Assembly (NCBI GenBank): GCA_043818275.1
Contig: JBDRFY010000046.1
Span: 1 to 29,895 of the forward strand
DNA: 29,895 bases
Direction: 5' to 3'
Origin: a bacterium
GTDB lineage: Bacteria > Babelota > Babeliae > Babelales > JAUWHS01
Each line of letters starts with the position of its first letter. Within the stretch, counting starts at the first letter, position 1. The notes beneath the pieces are model-generated. The model made no database searches. It saw nothing but the letters and a program-made list of their open reading frames with translations, and had not been told where the DNA came from. Position numbers and translations under genes: made by a program. This document shows, piece after piece, positions 19,413-27,612 of the stretch.

Positions 19413-20846
19413 ATGGAAAAAATTATGAAAAAATTGGCCGATATAAATAAAGATTTTGCGCAGTGGTATCAGGATGTAATTTACGAAGCTGAACTTGTAG
19501 ATTCATCCCCCGTTAAAGGTTCTATGGTTATCAGACCGTATGGTTATTCAATTTGGGAAAACATGCAAAAAATTGTTGACCAAAAAATTAAGCAAACAGG
19601 TACGCAAAATGCTTACTTTCCATTATTTATTCCAGAATCATTTTTAAAAAAAGAGGCTGAACACATCGAAGGATTTTCTCCAGAATTGGCAGTTGTTACT
19701 TATGCTGGAGGAAAAAACCTGGAAGAGCCTCTGGTTGTACGACCAACTTCTGAAACAATTATTTATTCAATGTTTGCAAAATGGATTACTTCCTGGCGTG
19801 ATTTACCTTTAAAAATTAATCAGTGGGCAAATGTTGTCCGATGGGAACTCAGGCCCCGCGCATTTATAAGAACAACGGAATTTTTGTGGCAAGAAGGGCA
19901 TACCGCTCATGCGACAAAAGAGGAAGCAACAAAAATGGCGCTTGAAGCGTTGGAATTATATAAAGATTTTATGCAAAATTATTTGGCTATTCCGGTAATT
20001 GCCGCTGAAAAATCGGCGGGTGAACGTTTTGCCGGTGCCGCGCATACTTATTCAACAGAAAGCTTAATGCAGGATGGCAAAGCTTTGCAAATGGGAACAA
20101 CACATGTTTTATTACATAGTTTTCCGGAAAGTTTTGATATTAAATTTCAGGATAAAGACGGAGAATTAAAAGTTCCTTATTGCAGCTCTTGGGGTGTAAC
20201 CACAAGAATGATTGGTGGATTAATAATGACACATGGTGACCAAAACGGTTTGATTATTCCTCCAAAAATTGCGCCAATCCAAGTTGTAATTATTCCTATT
20301 TATAAAACAGAAACAGATAAAAATTTAATTTTTAGCAAAGTTGAAGAGCTTGAAAATCAATTAAAAGCTAAAAATATTAAAGTTATCATTGATAATGATG
20401 AACAAATAACTCCAGGGGCCAAGTTTTATAAATGGGAAATTCGCGGAATTCCATTAAGAATAGAACTTGGACCAAAAGATTTGCAAAATAATCATGTTAT
20501 TCTTGTTGACAGATTAGAAAAAAACAAACAAAAAGTTTCTTTTGATCAGTTAACAGAAACAGTATTAAAAAATCTTGATAGTTTACAAGCGAAATTATTT
20601 GAACGGGCGCAAAAAAGATTGAAAGAAAAATGGTATCAGGGAAACAAACTTAAAGAGTTTGGTCCAAAACTTGAAAAAGAGGCCGGTCTTTATCAAACTG
20701 GTTGGTGCGGTAGTTCAGAATGTGAAAAAATGTTTAAAGATTATAAGGCAACAATAAGATGTGTTTTAGAAGAAAATAAACATTCTGAATGCGCTGTGTG
20801 TGGTAAAAAATCTGGGAAAGACATTTTAGTAGCCAAGGCTTATTAA
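19413..20846 (+). CDS. proS: Proline--tRNA ligase, archaeal/eukaryote-like type
   Basis: IRPYGY, RPTSET, QWANVVRWE, EFLWQEGHT, C-terminal Cys zinc site and terminal AKAY; no editing insertion. Confidence 0.96.
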   Translation: MEKIMKKLADINKDFAQWYQDVIYEAELVDSSPVKGSMVIRPYGYSIWENMQKIVDQKIKQTGTQNAYFPLFIPESFLKKEAEHIEGFSPELAVVTYAGGKNLEEPLVVRPTSETIIYSMFAKWITSWRDLPLKINQWANVVRWELRPRAFIRTTEFLWQEGHTAHATKEEATKMALEALELYKDFMQNYLAIPVIAAEKSAGERFAGAAHTYSTESLMQDGKALQMGTTHVLLHSFPESFDIKFQDKDGELKVPYCSSWGVTTRMIGGLIMTHGDQNGLIIPPKIAPIQVVIIPIYKTETDKNLIFSKVEELENQLKAKNIKVIIDNDEQITPGAKFYKWEIRGIPLRIELGPKDLQNNHVILVDRLEKNKQKVSFDQLTETVLKNLDSLQAKLFERAQKRLKEKWYQGNKLKEFGPKLEKEAGLYQTGWCGSSECEKMFKDYKATIRCVLEENKHSECAVCGKKSGKDILVAKAY

Positions 20847-20855
20847 GTTTGATAA

Positions 20856-21773
20856 ATGAATGATCAAAGTAATTTTCTTGCACATTTTGAAACATATCTT
20901 TTAGCGGAAAAGAGAGTTTCAAAAAATACATTCCTTGCATACAAAAAAGATGTAGATCAATTTTTGGATTTTTTGAAAAAAGAAAAACAAACAATAAAAA
21001 CTGGTACAATAGACACTCTTAAAAAATTATTAAAAACGTACAAAAAACAAGGTCTTCAGGCAAAAACTCTTTCGAGAAAAATTTCTTCATTAAAACTTTT
21101 TTATTCTTTTTTAAATGAACGTTTTGGAGTAGAAAATGTTGCGGAAAGCCTTATTTTTCCAAAGCTTGAGCAAAAACTGCCAACATATTTGACGGAAAAG
21201 GAAATACAATTACTTTTTAAAAGTGCCAATCAGGATGATTCTGCCAAAGGATTAAGAAATAAAGTTATGCTTTATCTTCTCTATGCTTCTGGTATGAGAG
21301 CTTCTGAATTAATTAATGTAAGAATTGAGCAAATTGAATTTGATACCGGATTTATAAAGCTGGAAGGGAAGGGAAATAAGGAACGTATGGTTCCGTTGCC
21401 CAAAAATGTTTTGGATCTTCTTCGTTTTTATATAGATCTTGTTCATAAAAATATAGTTAAAGATTGTAAAGTTGATACAACTAATAAAAATTATTTATTT
21501 ATTTGTGTTTACAAAAATCAACTAAAAACTCTTACGCGCCAGGCATTGTGGGGAATTTTAAAAAGAATTTTAATGTCTGCGGGAATTAATAAAAACATTT
21601 CACCACACTCATTAAGGCATTCTTTGGCGACACATCTTTTAAAAAATGGCGCCAATATTAGATCTCTACAACTTTTACTCGGTCACGAGCAAATTTCAAC
21701 GGTTCAGATTTATACTCATCTTGAAAACAGTCAGATTCGCAAGGTTTATGATAAAAAACACCCCAGGGCTTAA
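20856..21773 (+). CDS. xerD: Tyrosine recombinase XerD (XerC/D family)
   Basis: LYASGMRASEL, GKGNKER, HSLRHSLATHLL, LLGH, QIYTH, terminal HPRA. Confidence 0.85.
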   Translation: MNDQSNFLAHFETYLLAEKRVSKNTFLAYKKDVDQFLDFLKKEKQTIKTGTIDTLKKLLKTYKKQGLQAKTLSRKISSLKLFYSFLNERFGVENVAESLIFPKLEQKLPTYLTEKEIQLLFKSANQDDSAKGLRNKVMLYLLYASGMRASELINVRIEQIEFDTGFIKLEGKGNKERMVPLPKNVLDLLRFYIDLVHKNIVKDCKVDTTNKNYLFICVYKNQLKTLTRQALWGILKRILMSAGINKNISPHSLRHSLATHLLKNGANIRSLQLLLGHEQISTVQIYTHLENSQIRKVYDKKHPRA

Positions 21774-21783
21774 ACGGTTATCA

Positions 21784-21801
21784 AATAATAATAATAATAA
21801 T
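21784..21801. repeat. (AAT)6 microsatellite
   Basis: AATAATAATAATAATAAT between xerD and the next gene. Confidence 0.7.
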
Positions 21802-21886
21802 AAAATTATTGCTTTTGGTTATAGAATCCTGTTTAGACTACGTAAGTAAAAAAAGTGTGTTTTTTATGTTTAGAAGGGAGAAATTT

Positions 21887-22720
21887 ATGAAGAAGAAATT
21901 TTGTAGTTATTTGCTGCTGCTTTTATTAATTTTTGGTTATTCTTATAATCATGCAGTTATCAATGAAAAGATTCTTAGTCTTAGAAGCGATAATGATTTA
22001 GATCTTTTAAGCAAGCTCAATAATAAGATTGAAAAAGTTGAATTCTTAGGTGAAATAAACCAACAAGCGGCTTTGAAACGTCTTGCTAGCAATATTAAGC
22101 AATTTCCTTTTTTAAAAGAATTAACTTTTTACGGACATGATGAGTCTTTGTTTCCTACTAAACTGAAAAACTTAGAGGCAATTACATTTTTTTATAACTC
22201 GTTTAAACAGTCTTCTATTCCTGTAATGCAAGAATGTAAAGAACTTGCTATTATAGGTGGCTCGGGAATCAGGGAGGAGGACAATGTAACCGATCTTTCC
22301 TGGATTGCAAACAAATTTCCGAATCTTACTACATTATCAATAAGCCAATTTAAAAAATTAGACAATATTGACTTTATAAAAAAATTAAAGCTTTTAGATA
22401 ATCTAACATTGAATATCCTGCCTGAACTTTCTATCAATGTTGTAAAAGGTACAAAAATAACAAAACTTATTGCTTGTGATTTAAAAGATTATGCAGGAGA
22501 AAGCGCTACTAAAGAAATACAAGGGTTGGAACTAAAAAGATTATTAGGCGAAAGCCAAATAAGCGATGAATTAACAGATAAATTAATAAATTTAGAAAAA
22601 AGCGTAGAAAATTTAGAACAAACAGTTGCTAATATAGAAAAATATCTTAAAAACATAAACACATTTTTTCAAAAAATACCAGTGTTAGAACGTAGAGTTA
22701 CTGCCTTAGAACAAAAATAA
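21887..22720 (+). CDS. Secreted protein with degenerate LRR-like repeats and C-terminal coiled coil
   Basis: GGGAG SD before ATG 21887; MKKKFCSYLLLLLLIFGYSYNHA signal peptide; FPFLKELTF, FPNLTTLSI, LKLLDNLTL; heptads at the C-terminus. Confidence 0.65.
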   Translation: MKKKFCSYLLLLLLIFGYSYNHAVINEKILSLRSDNDLDLLSKLNNKIEKVEFLGEINQQAALKRLASNIKQFPFLKELTFYGHDESLFPTKLKNLEAITFFYNSFKQSSIPVMQECKELAIIGGSGIREEDNVTDLSWIANKFPNLTTLSISQFKKLDNIDFIKKLKLLDNLTLNILPELSINVVKGTKITKLIACDLKDYAGESATKEIQGLELKRLLGESQISDELTDKLINLEKSVENLEQTVANIEKYLKNINTFFQKIPVLERRVTALEQK

Positions 22721-22773
22721 GCATTTAAAAATGCTGTGAAATAAAAGATACTTTTCATGAAAAAATAAATTTT

Positions 22774-23343
22774 TTATTTTTGTTCCAAGTCAAATGATTT
22801 TGGTAAAAGTTCCGAAATAGATTCAATTTCCACCTTACCTTCAAGGTTAGACATAATAACTGGTATTTGGGAATTAAATTCGTAAATAACTTGTCGGCAG
22901 GCCCCACACGGTCTGCCGCAATCTTTATCATCAAGAACAACAGCTATTGCAACAAATTTTGTATATCCTTCAGACACAGCTTTAAAAATAGCATTTCTTT
23001 CTGCGCAAACGGTTAAACCGTAGGAAGCATTTTCAACATTACAACCGGTAAAAATTTTCCCATCTTCAGTTAATACCGCAGCTCCAACTTTAAATTTTGA
23101 ATAGGGAGCATACGCATTTTCACGGGCAAGAGTAGCTGCTTTAACAAGTTTTTCGTAATCAAAATATATATTTTGTTTTATGTTTTCGTTTTTCTTTGAA
23201 TCTTCTTTTAATACAGGAGAATTTGTTATTACTGGATTAGTTTTTGTTTCTACCCGTTTTTGCAGTTCGGCGCATTTTTCATGCGCTCTTAAATTTATTG
23301 CAAGTATGTTGAGAAGTAGTGTGGTGTAGAGTAATTTTTTCAT
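22774..23343 (-). CDS. cdd: Cytidine deaminase (homotetrameric type) with N-terminal signal peptide and linker
   Basis: AYAPYSKFKVGAA, GCNVENASYGLTVCAER, PCGACRQ; GGGAG SD precedes ATG 23343. Confidence 0.9.
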   Translation of the reverse strand: MKKLLYTTLLLNILAINLRAHEKCAELQKRVETKTNPVITNSPVLKEDSKKNENIKQNIYFDYEKLVKAATLARENAYAPYSKFKVGAAVLTEDGKIFTGCNVENASYGLTVCAERNAIFKAVSEGYTKFVAIAVVLDDKDCGRPCGACRQVIYEFNSQIPVIMSNLEGKVEIESISELLPKSFDLEQK

Positions 23344-23384
23344 GTTATCTCCCTGAATTAAAATTTTTAAATTTGAATTCATGA

Positions 23385-23412
23385 AATATACCAAAAAGTA
23401 TTTACTTTACAA
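23385..23412 (-). promoter_or_regulatory. Probable sigma70 promoter of cdd
   Basis: TTGTAA-16 bp-TATATT with extended -10 TG; overlaps the ORF-track start, which favours ATG 23343. Confidence 0.4.
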
Positions 23413-23420
23413 GCAAAATT

Positions 23421-24029
23421 TTACTTTAAAACTTTGCCTGTCATATGTGCCCACAAAATTAAATCCAATTTGTTTTGTGGTATGTCAAAGGCAGATAAGA
23501 TTTGTTCGCAGTTTAAATAAAATATTTGTGTAATTGTTTTTGGAATTTTTGAAATAAGTTTTTCGTTATATAAAAAACGCAAAATGTGTCTATCAATTAT
23601 TGCAACATCTGTATATCCAACATTTCTTAGGAAGTGTGATGCTTCTTTATATCCTAAGCCTTTAATGTTTTTTACTAAAAATTTACGCGCATCTGTTGAA
23701 GATAAATCTCTTAAATGTTCCTTTATATTTATATATTTTCGCGCTTCAATAATATATTCTGCTCTTTTGTTATAGAAACGATGATTATTTTTTTGAAGGA
23801 TTAAAGTTATTTCATTTTTTGATTTTTGAGAAAAACCATTTTCACCCATTTCTTTTTCAATTTTTAAAGCTATTAAGGCCTTGCTGTTTGCGGTTAAAAT
23901 GCAAAAACATAATTCATTAAACCAGGCAAGAGAATTTTTATTATGAATTTTTGAAAAAGAAATTAGGCGATTTTCAATTTGTTCTAGAATTTTTTTAGGT
24001 AAATTTATTTTATTTAGTATTGTTTTCAT
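23421..24029 (-). CDS. ogg: 8-oxoguanine DNA glycosylase/AP lyase, Ogg2 (archaeal/Thermotoga type)
   Basis: ELCFCILTAN, HRFYNKRA, HhH KGLGYKEASHFLRNVG, AIIDRHILR, C-terminal TGKVLK. Confidence 0.9.
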   Translation of the reverse strand: MKTILNKINLPKKILEQIENRLISFSKIHNKNSLAWFNELCFCILTANSKALIALKIEKEMGENGFSQKSKNEITLILQKNNHRFYNKRAEYIIEARKYINIKEHLRDLSSTDARKFLVKNIKGLGYKEASHFLRNVGYTDVAIIDRHILRFLYNEKLISKIPKTITQIFYLNCEQILSAFDIPQNKLDLILWAHMTGKVLK

Positions 24030-24142
24030 TTTATCTAATCAATTTAAATTTTAAGCAAAATTATAAGTGATATTTTATACAAAACAAGTTATAATTGTTT
24101 TCGTTAATTTAAATATAAACCTCATTAAAAAGTGAGAGAATT

Positions 24143-25261
24143 ATGAAGGGTAAATTTTCAGTAGAACAAAAAGATCTCTTATCTATGCTAAGCTCCATGC
24201 AGCCAATTTGTAGTAAAAGAACAACATTAGATGTTACAGAAACCATTTTTTTTCAGGTTGCGCCTAAAGAATTAACGTTGAAAGGAACTGATCTGGAAAT
24301 CAGTTTGCAATCTACTTTGGCAATAGAAAGTGATCTTCTGGAAAACATAAGTTTTCTGATTTCAGGTAAACGTATTTTTGAACTTATTAAAGAAATAGAT
24401 GGCACAATTGAATTTATCGTTAAAGATAATCAGTTAAATTTAAAAGCCGAAAATGTTGATTTATCTTTAAATATTAAAAATTCTCAGGATTTCCCACCTT
24501 TTCCGGAACGCATCGAAAATTTAATGGAAATTGACGCAAGTTTTTTACTAAGTCTTTTAAATAAGGTTGCTTTTCTTATTCCGCAAAATAATTCAAACGC
24601 TGCGTTAAACGGTATGCTTTTGGAGTTTAAAGATGGATTTATGTCTTTTGTTGCAACCGATGGACATTGTCTGGCTAAAGTTCAGACAAAAAAATACAGT
24701 TTGCCGGAAGATAAAAAGTGGCTGCTTCCCAAAAGAGCGGTTTTGGAGATTAAAAAACTTCTTGAAGAAAGTGAAGATGAAAATGTTTTTTTGGGAACAT
24801 GCGGTAATCAATTAGTTTTTTCGGGATCTAATTTTAATTTTTTTACAAAATTAATTTCAGACCCATTTCCACAATATGATCCGGTTATGGAAAAAGAAGG
24901 TTTTATTCCGGCAAAGTTGAGTCGTGAGTCATTTGTAAGAACCTTGAAAAGAACAAGTTGCTTGCTGGCAGGACAATTTGTATCAACAAACTTTAAATTC
25001 AAGCAGGGAATTGTTGATGTCAGTTTGCATAATAAGGAAGTTGGAAAAATTGATGAATCTTTACCGTTAAAAGATTTTAAAGGTGAGGATGTTAAAAGTC
25101 GTTTTTATTCGCCATATATTTTAAATGGTTTACAAATATTTCCCGATGAAAATGTCCAATTTTTCATAAAAAATGATTCTAAACCAATTATTTTTGAAGC
25201 TAATAGTGATAATTATCATTTAACTTTTTTAGTTATGCCGGTATCAGCAACAGAAGGATAA
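24143..25261 (+). CDS. dnaN: DNA polymerase III beta sliding clamp
   Basis: GTDLEI, QDFPPFP, VATDGHCLA, FPQY, LVMPV; 372 aa; precedes recF. Confidence 0.95.
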   Translation: MKGKFSVEQKDLLSMLSSMQPICSKRTTLDVTETIFFQVAPKELTLKGTDLEISLQSTLAIESDLLENISFLISGKRIFELIKEIDGTIEFIVKDNQLNLKAENVDLSLNIKNSQDFPPFPERIENLMEIDASFLLSLLNKVAFLIPQNNSNAALNGMLLEFKDGFMSFVATDGHCLAKVQTKKYSLPEDKKWLLPKRAVLEIKKLLEESEDENVFLGTCGNQLVFSGSNFNFFTKLISDPFPQYDPVMEKEGFIPAKLSRESFVRTLKRTSCLLAGQFVSTNFKFKQGIVDVSLHNKEVGKIDESLPLKDFKGEDVKSRFYSPYILNGLQIFPDENVQFFIKNDSKPIIFEANSDNYHLTFLVMPVSATEG

Positions 25262-25272
25262 AGAAAAATAAA

Positions 25273-25297
25273 AGATCCTGAATCAAGTTCAGGATCT
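25273..25297. repeat. Palindromic hairpin (REP-like) between dnaN and recF
   Basis: AGATCCTGAA-TCAAG-TTCAGGATCT perfect 10-bp stem, no directly adjacent U tract on +. Confidence 0.55.
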
Positions 25298-25360
25298 CGT
25301 TTTAATCGATATAACTCGTTAATGTAAATAGTTGAAATACATCAAGGGTTAAAAAACTAA

Positions 25361-26467
25361 ATGTTTATAAAAAAAATCAAACTAAAAAATTTCAGAAATT
25401 TTAATCAACAAGAATTTGAATTTAACAATAGAATAGTAATTATAGAAGGGCAAAATGGCTCAGGTAAAACCAGTTTGCTTGAAAGTATTTATTATGCCTG
25501 TTTTTTTAAATCATTCAGAACAAATCAACCTAAAGATCTTATCAAAATAGAGGATGCTTATTTTTTTACAGAATTTGATTTTGAAGATGAATTTAATAAT
25601 ACAAATCAAATTCAGGTTGCTTTATCAGCGATTGACGGAAGACTCATAAAATTAAATAAAAATCCAATAACTTCATATAAACAAATTATTTCAAAATATA
25701 AAGTTATAAGCCTTATTGAAGATGATCTTTCTCTTGTTCAGGGAGCACCAGAAGAACGAAGAACGTTTTTAAATCAATTTTTGATGTTGCAAGATCCAGA
25801 AGTAATAAATGAACTGAAAGAATTTAAAAAGATTTTGTTACAAAGAAATGAAATTATTAAAAATGCAACAGAAAAAAATAAAGATCTATCAACTGAAAAA
25901 AATAGTGAATTTTATATTTGGTCAAAACAGCTCTGGGATAAAACAATTATAATTCAAAAGCGTCGAATAAGTTATTTAAAACTATTAGAATCTAAAGTTA
26001 ATGATTTATTGGATACATATCTAAAAAATGAAAATCTTTCAATTAGCTTTGAATACAAAGCTAAAAAAATAAACGCGGCAGAAACTTTTGAAAACTTCTG
26101 GTTAAGATATCCAACTAAAATTAAAGATGAAGAATTGCGGTGGGGCAGAAGTATGTTTGGCGCGCATCTGGATGATTTTTTAATTGTTTTCCAGGAAAAA
26201 AAGGCACGTTCTTTTTCTTCACGAGGGCAACAAAAATTAATTTTGTTTTTAATAAAGGCAGCGCAAGTAATTGAGTTACAGGAAAAGGGGGGCCAACCAG
26301 GTTTTCTTATCGATGATTTTTTAACAGATTTTGATGAAAATCGTATGCAAAGTTGTCTTGATATCTTACAAAAAATTAAGGGTCAAATTTTTATAACATG
26401 TCCAATTAAATCTTATCTTTCTCCTAAAATATCCAAAGAATCCGAAATACAAACCATTATACTGTAA
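25361..26467 (+). CDS. recF: DNA replication/repair protein RecF
   Basis: NFRN, GQNGSGKTSLLE, SFRT, GAPEERR, GAHLDD, SRGQQK, LIDD. Confidence 0.95.
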   Translation: MFIKKIKLKNFRNFNQQEFEFNNRIVIIEGQNGSGKTSLLESIYYACFFKSFRTNQPKDLIKIEDAYFFTEFDFEDEFNNTNQIQVALSAIDGRLIKLNKNPITSYKQIISKYKVISLIEDDLSLVQGAPEERRTFLNQFLMLQDPEVINELKEFKKILLQRNEIIKNATEKNKDLSTEKNSEFYIWSKQLWDKTIIIQKRRISYLKLLESKVNDLLDTYLKNENLSISFEYKAKKINAAETFENFWLRYPTKIKDEELRWGRSMFGAHLDDFLIVFQEKKARSFSSRGQQKLILFLIKAAQVIELQEKGGQPGFLIDDFLTDFDENRMQSCLDILQKIKGQIFITCPIKSYLSPKISKESEIQTIIL

Positions 26468-26703
26468 TTTTTGGCGTTTTCTAGAGCACTTTTAAGAGGT
26501 TGATTTTTATTTTTTTCAGCGATATAATCCAAGGCTCACACTTAAAAAATTGATTTTTTTTGACATTATTTTTCATGTTGAATTCTATTTGAATGTAAGG
26601 AATATCAAAATTTAAAGATTTTAGATGGAAAATAAGGCTAAATATTACAAGTAGAAACAATCTAAAAAAAGCCTGTAGACCGCAAAAAACAGAGCTTTTG
26701 CGC

Positions 26704-26731
26704 TTGATATTCTTATAGAATTAATTATAAT
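26704..26731 (+). promoter_or_regulatory. Near-consensus sigma70 promoter with no downstream CDS
   Basis: TTGATA (26704-26709)-16 bp-TATAAT (26726-26731). Confidence 0.55.
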
Positions 26732-26737
26732 AAAGAA

Positions 26738-26847
26738 AAGTTAGGTTGATATTGTTATCCCTGACTAAAAATTTAACAAGGCTTCATTACTACTCTCCTT
26801 TCTCCTTTTTCCGCCACATGAGTTTCTTATGTGGCGGTTTATTTTTT
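26738..26847 (+). ncRNA. Candidate small regulatory RNA with CU-rich anti-SD seed
   Basis: Promoter, 5' hairpin 26739-26766, single-stranded CTACTCTCCTTTCTCCTTTT, intrinsic terminator. Confidence 0.55.
26811..26847 (+). terminator. Intrinsic terminator
   Basis: CCGCCACATGAG-TTT-CTTATGTGGCGG 12-bp stem (one G-U) followed by TTTATTTTTT. Confidence 0.8.
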
Positions 26848-27051
26848 AACAAGTATTATTAATTATGCTTTAAAGAGATTACCCATAAAAAATGGATACA
26901 ACAGTAAAAATTGTATCCATAAAATAGTTTTGCTGAATTGTGTTAAAAAATTAAATGTTTATCAATATAGTTTTGTTAACATAAGACACGTTACCGGCAA
27001 TCTCTGTCTTTATTCCTATTCTTATTCTTTCTCCTTTTAATCTGTTTATTT

Positions 27052-27564
27052 TTATGTTCTTTTCATAAAAAACCGTTGCTGATTTTCCCATAATCCACAA
27101 ATGGCGGTTGCCATCGCATCTGTAACGTCAGTTTTTTCAATTTTAGGTAATTCATTAAGTTTAGGTACCATACGCAAGATCATTTGAGCAACCTGCTCTT
27201 TGCTTGCTGCCCCATATCCTGTAACTGACATCTTAATTTGACGTGGGGAAAATTCATAAATTTCCGCTTTGTGCTGATCCGCCAAAAGATATAAAATTCC
27301 CCGAAGATATCCCAGCTTTAAAAACGTTTGAGCATTTTTACCAAGAAAAGATGTTTCAAGCGCTATTTGATTTATATTGAATTCATTCATTTTATTTTGA
27401 AAAGAGGTATAAAATTGCCCTGTTCGGATGCTTAAATGATCTGATGATTTAAATTTTAAAAAACCATAATCAATAATACTTGTTTTATTATTTTTGCATG
27501 AAAGAACAGCAAAACCGGTTACAGAAAATCCTGGATCTATTCCTAAGATGACAAAGTCCTTCAC
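27052..27564 (-). CDS. ruvC: Holliday junction resolvase RuvC
   Basis: ILGIDPG, IALE, IKMSVTGYGAASKEQV, DVTDAMATA. Confidence 0.96.
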   Translation of the reverse strand: MKDFVILGIDPGFSVTGFAVLSCKNNKTSIIDYGFLKFKSSDHLSIRTGQFYTSFQNKMNEFNINQIALETSFLGKNAQTFLKLGYLRGILYLLADQHKAEIYEFSPRQIKMSVTGYGAASKEQVAQMILRMVPKLNELPKIEKTDVTDAMATAICGLWENQQRFFMKRT

Positions 27565-27612
27565 TCCTTCTCCCCAAATAAACTCTTTTTAAAAAAATTA
27601 ATTTATAATAAA

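Noticed and set aside
19413..20846. Archaeal/eukaryote-type ProRS as a recent host gene transfer
   Set aside because: This type is common in many bacterial phyla and its composition matches the neighbours
20856..21773. Tyrosine recombinase as a prophage or island integrase
   Set aside because: Size and motifs (terminal HPRA) fit housekeeping XerD; no att repeats, tRNA or phage genes seen
1502..25002. Other 60-91 aa ORFs nested in or antisense to long genes
   Set aside because: Shadow frames of well-supported CDSs with no independent motifs
26831..27040. 69-aa + ORF
   Set aside because: Starts inside a terminator stem, has no SD and no recognisable protein features
26468..27051. oriC near dnaN/dnaB
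   Set aside because: No cluster of TTATCCACA boxes found by eye, no dnaA, and the flanking genes converge
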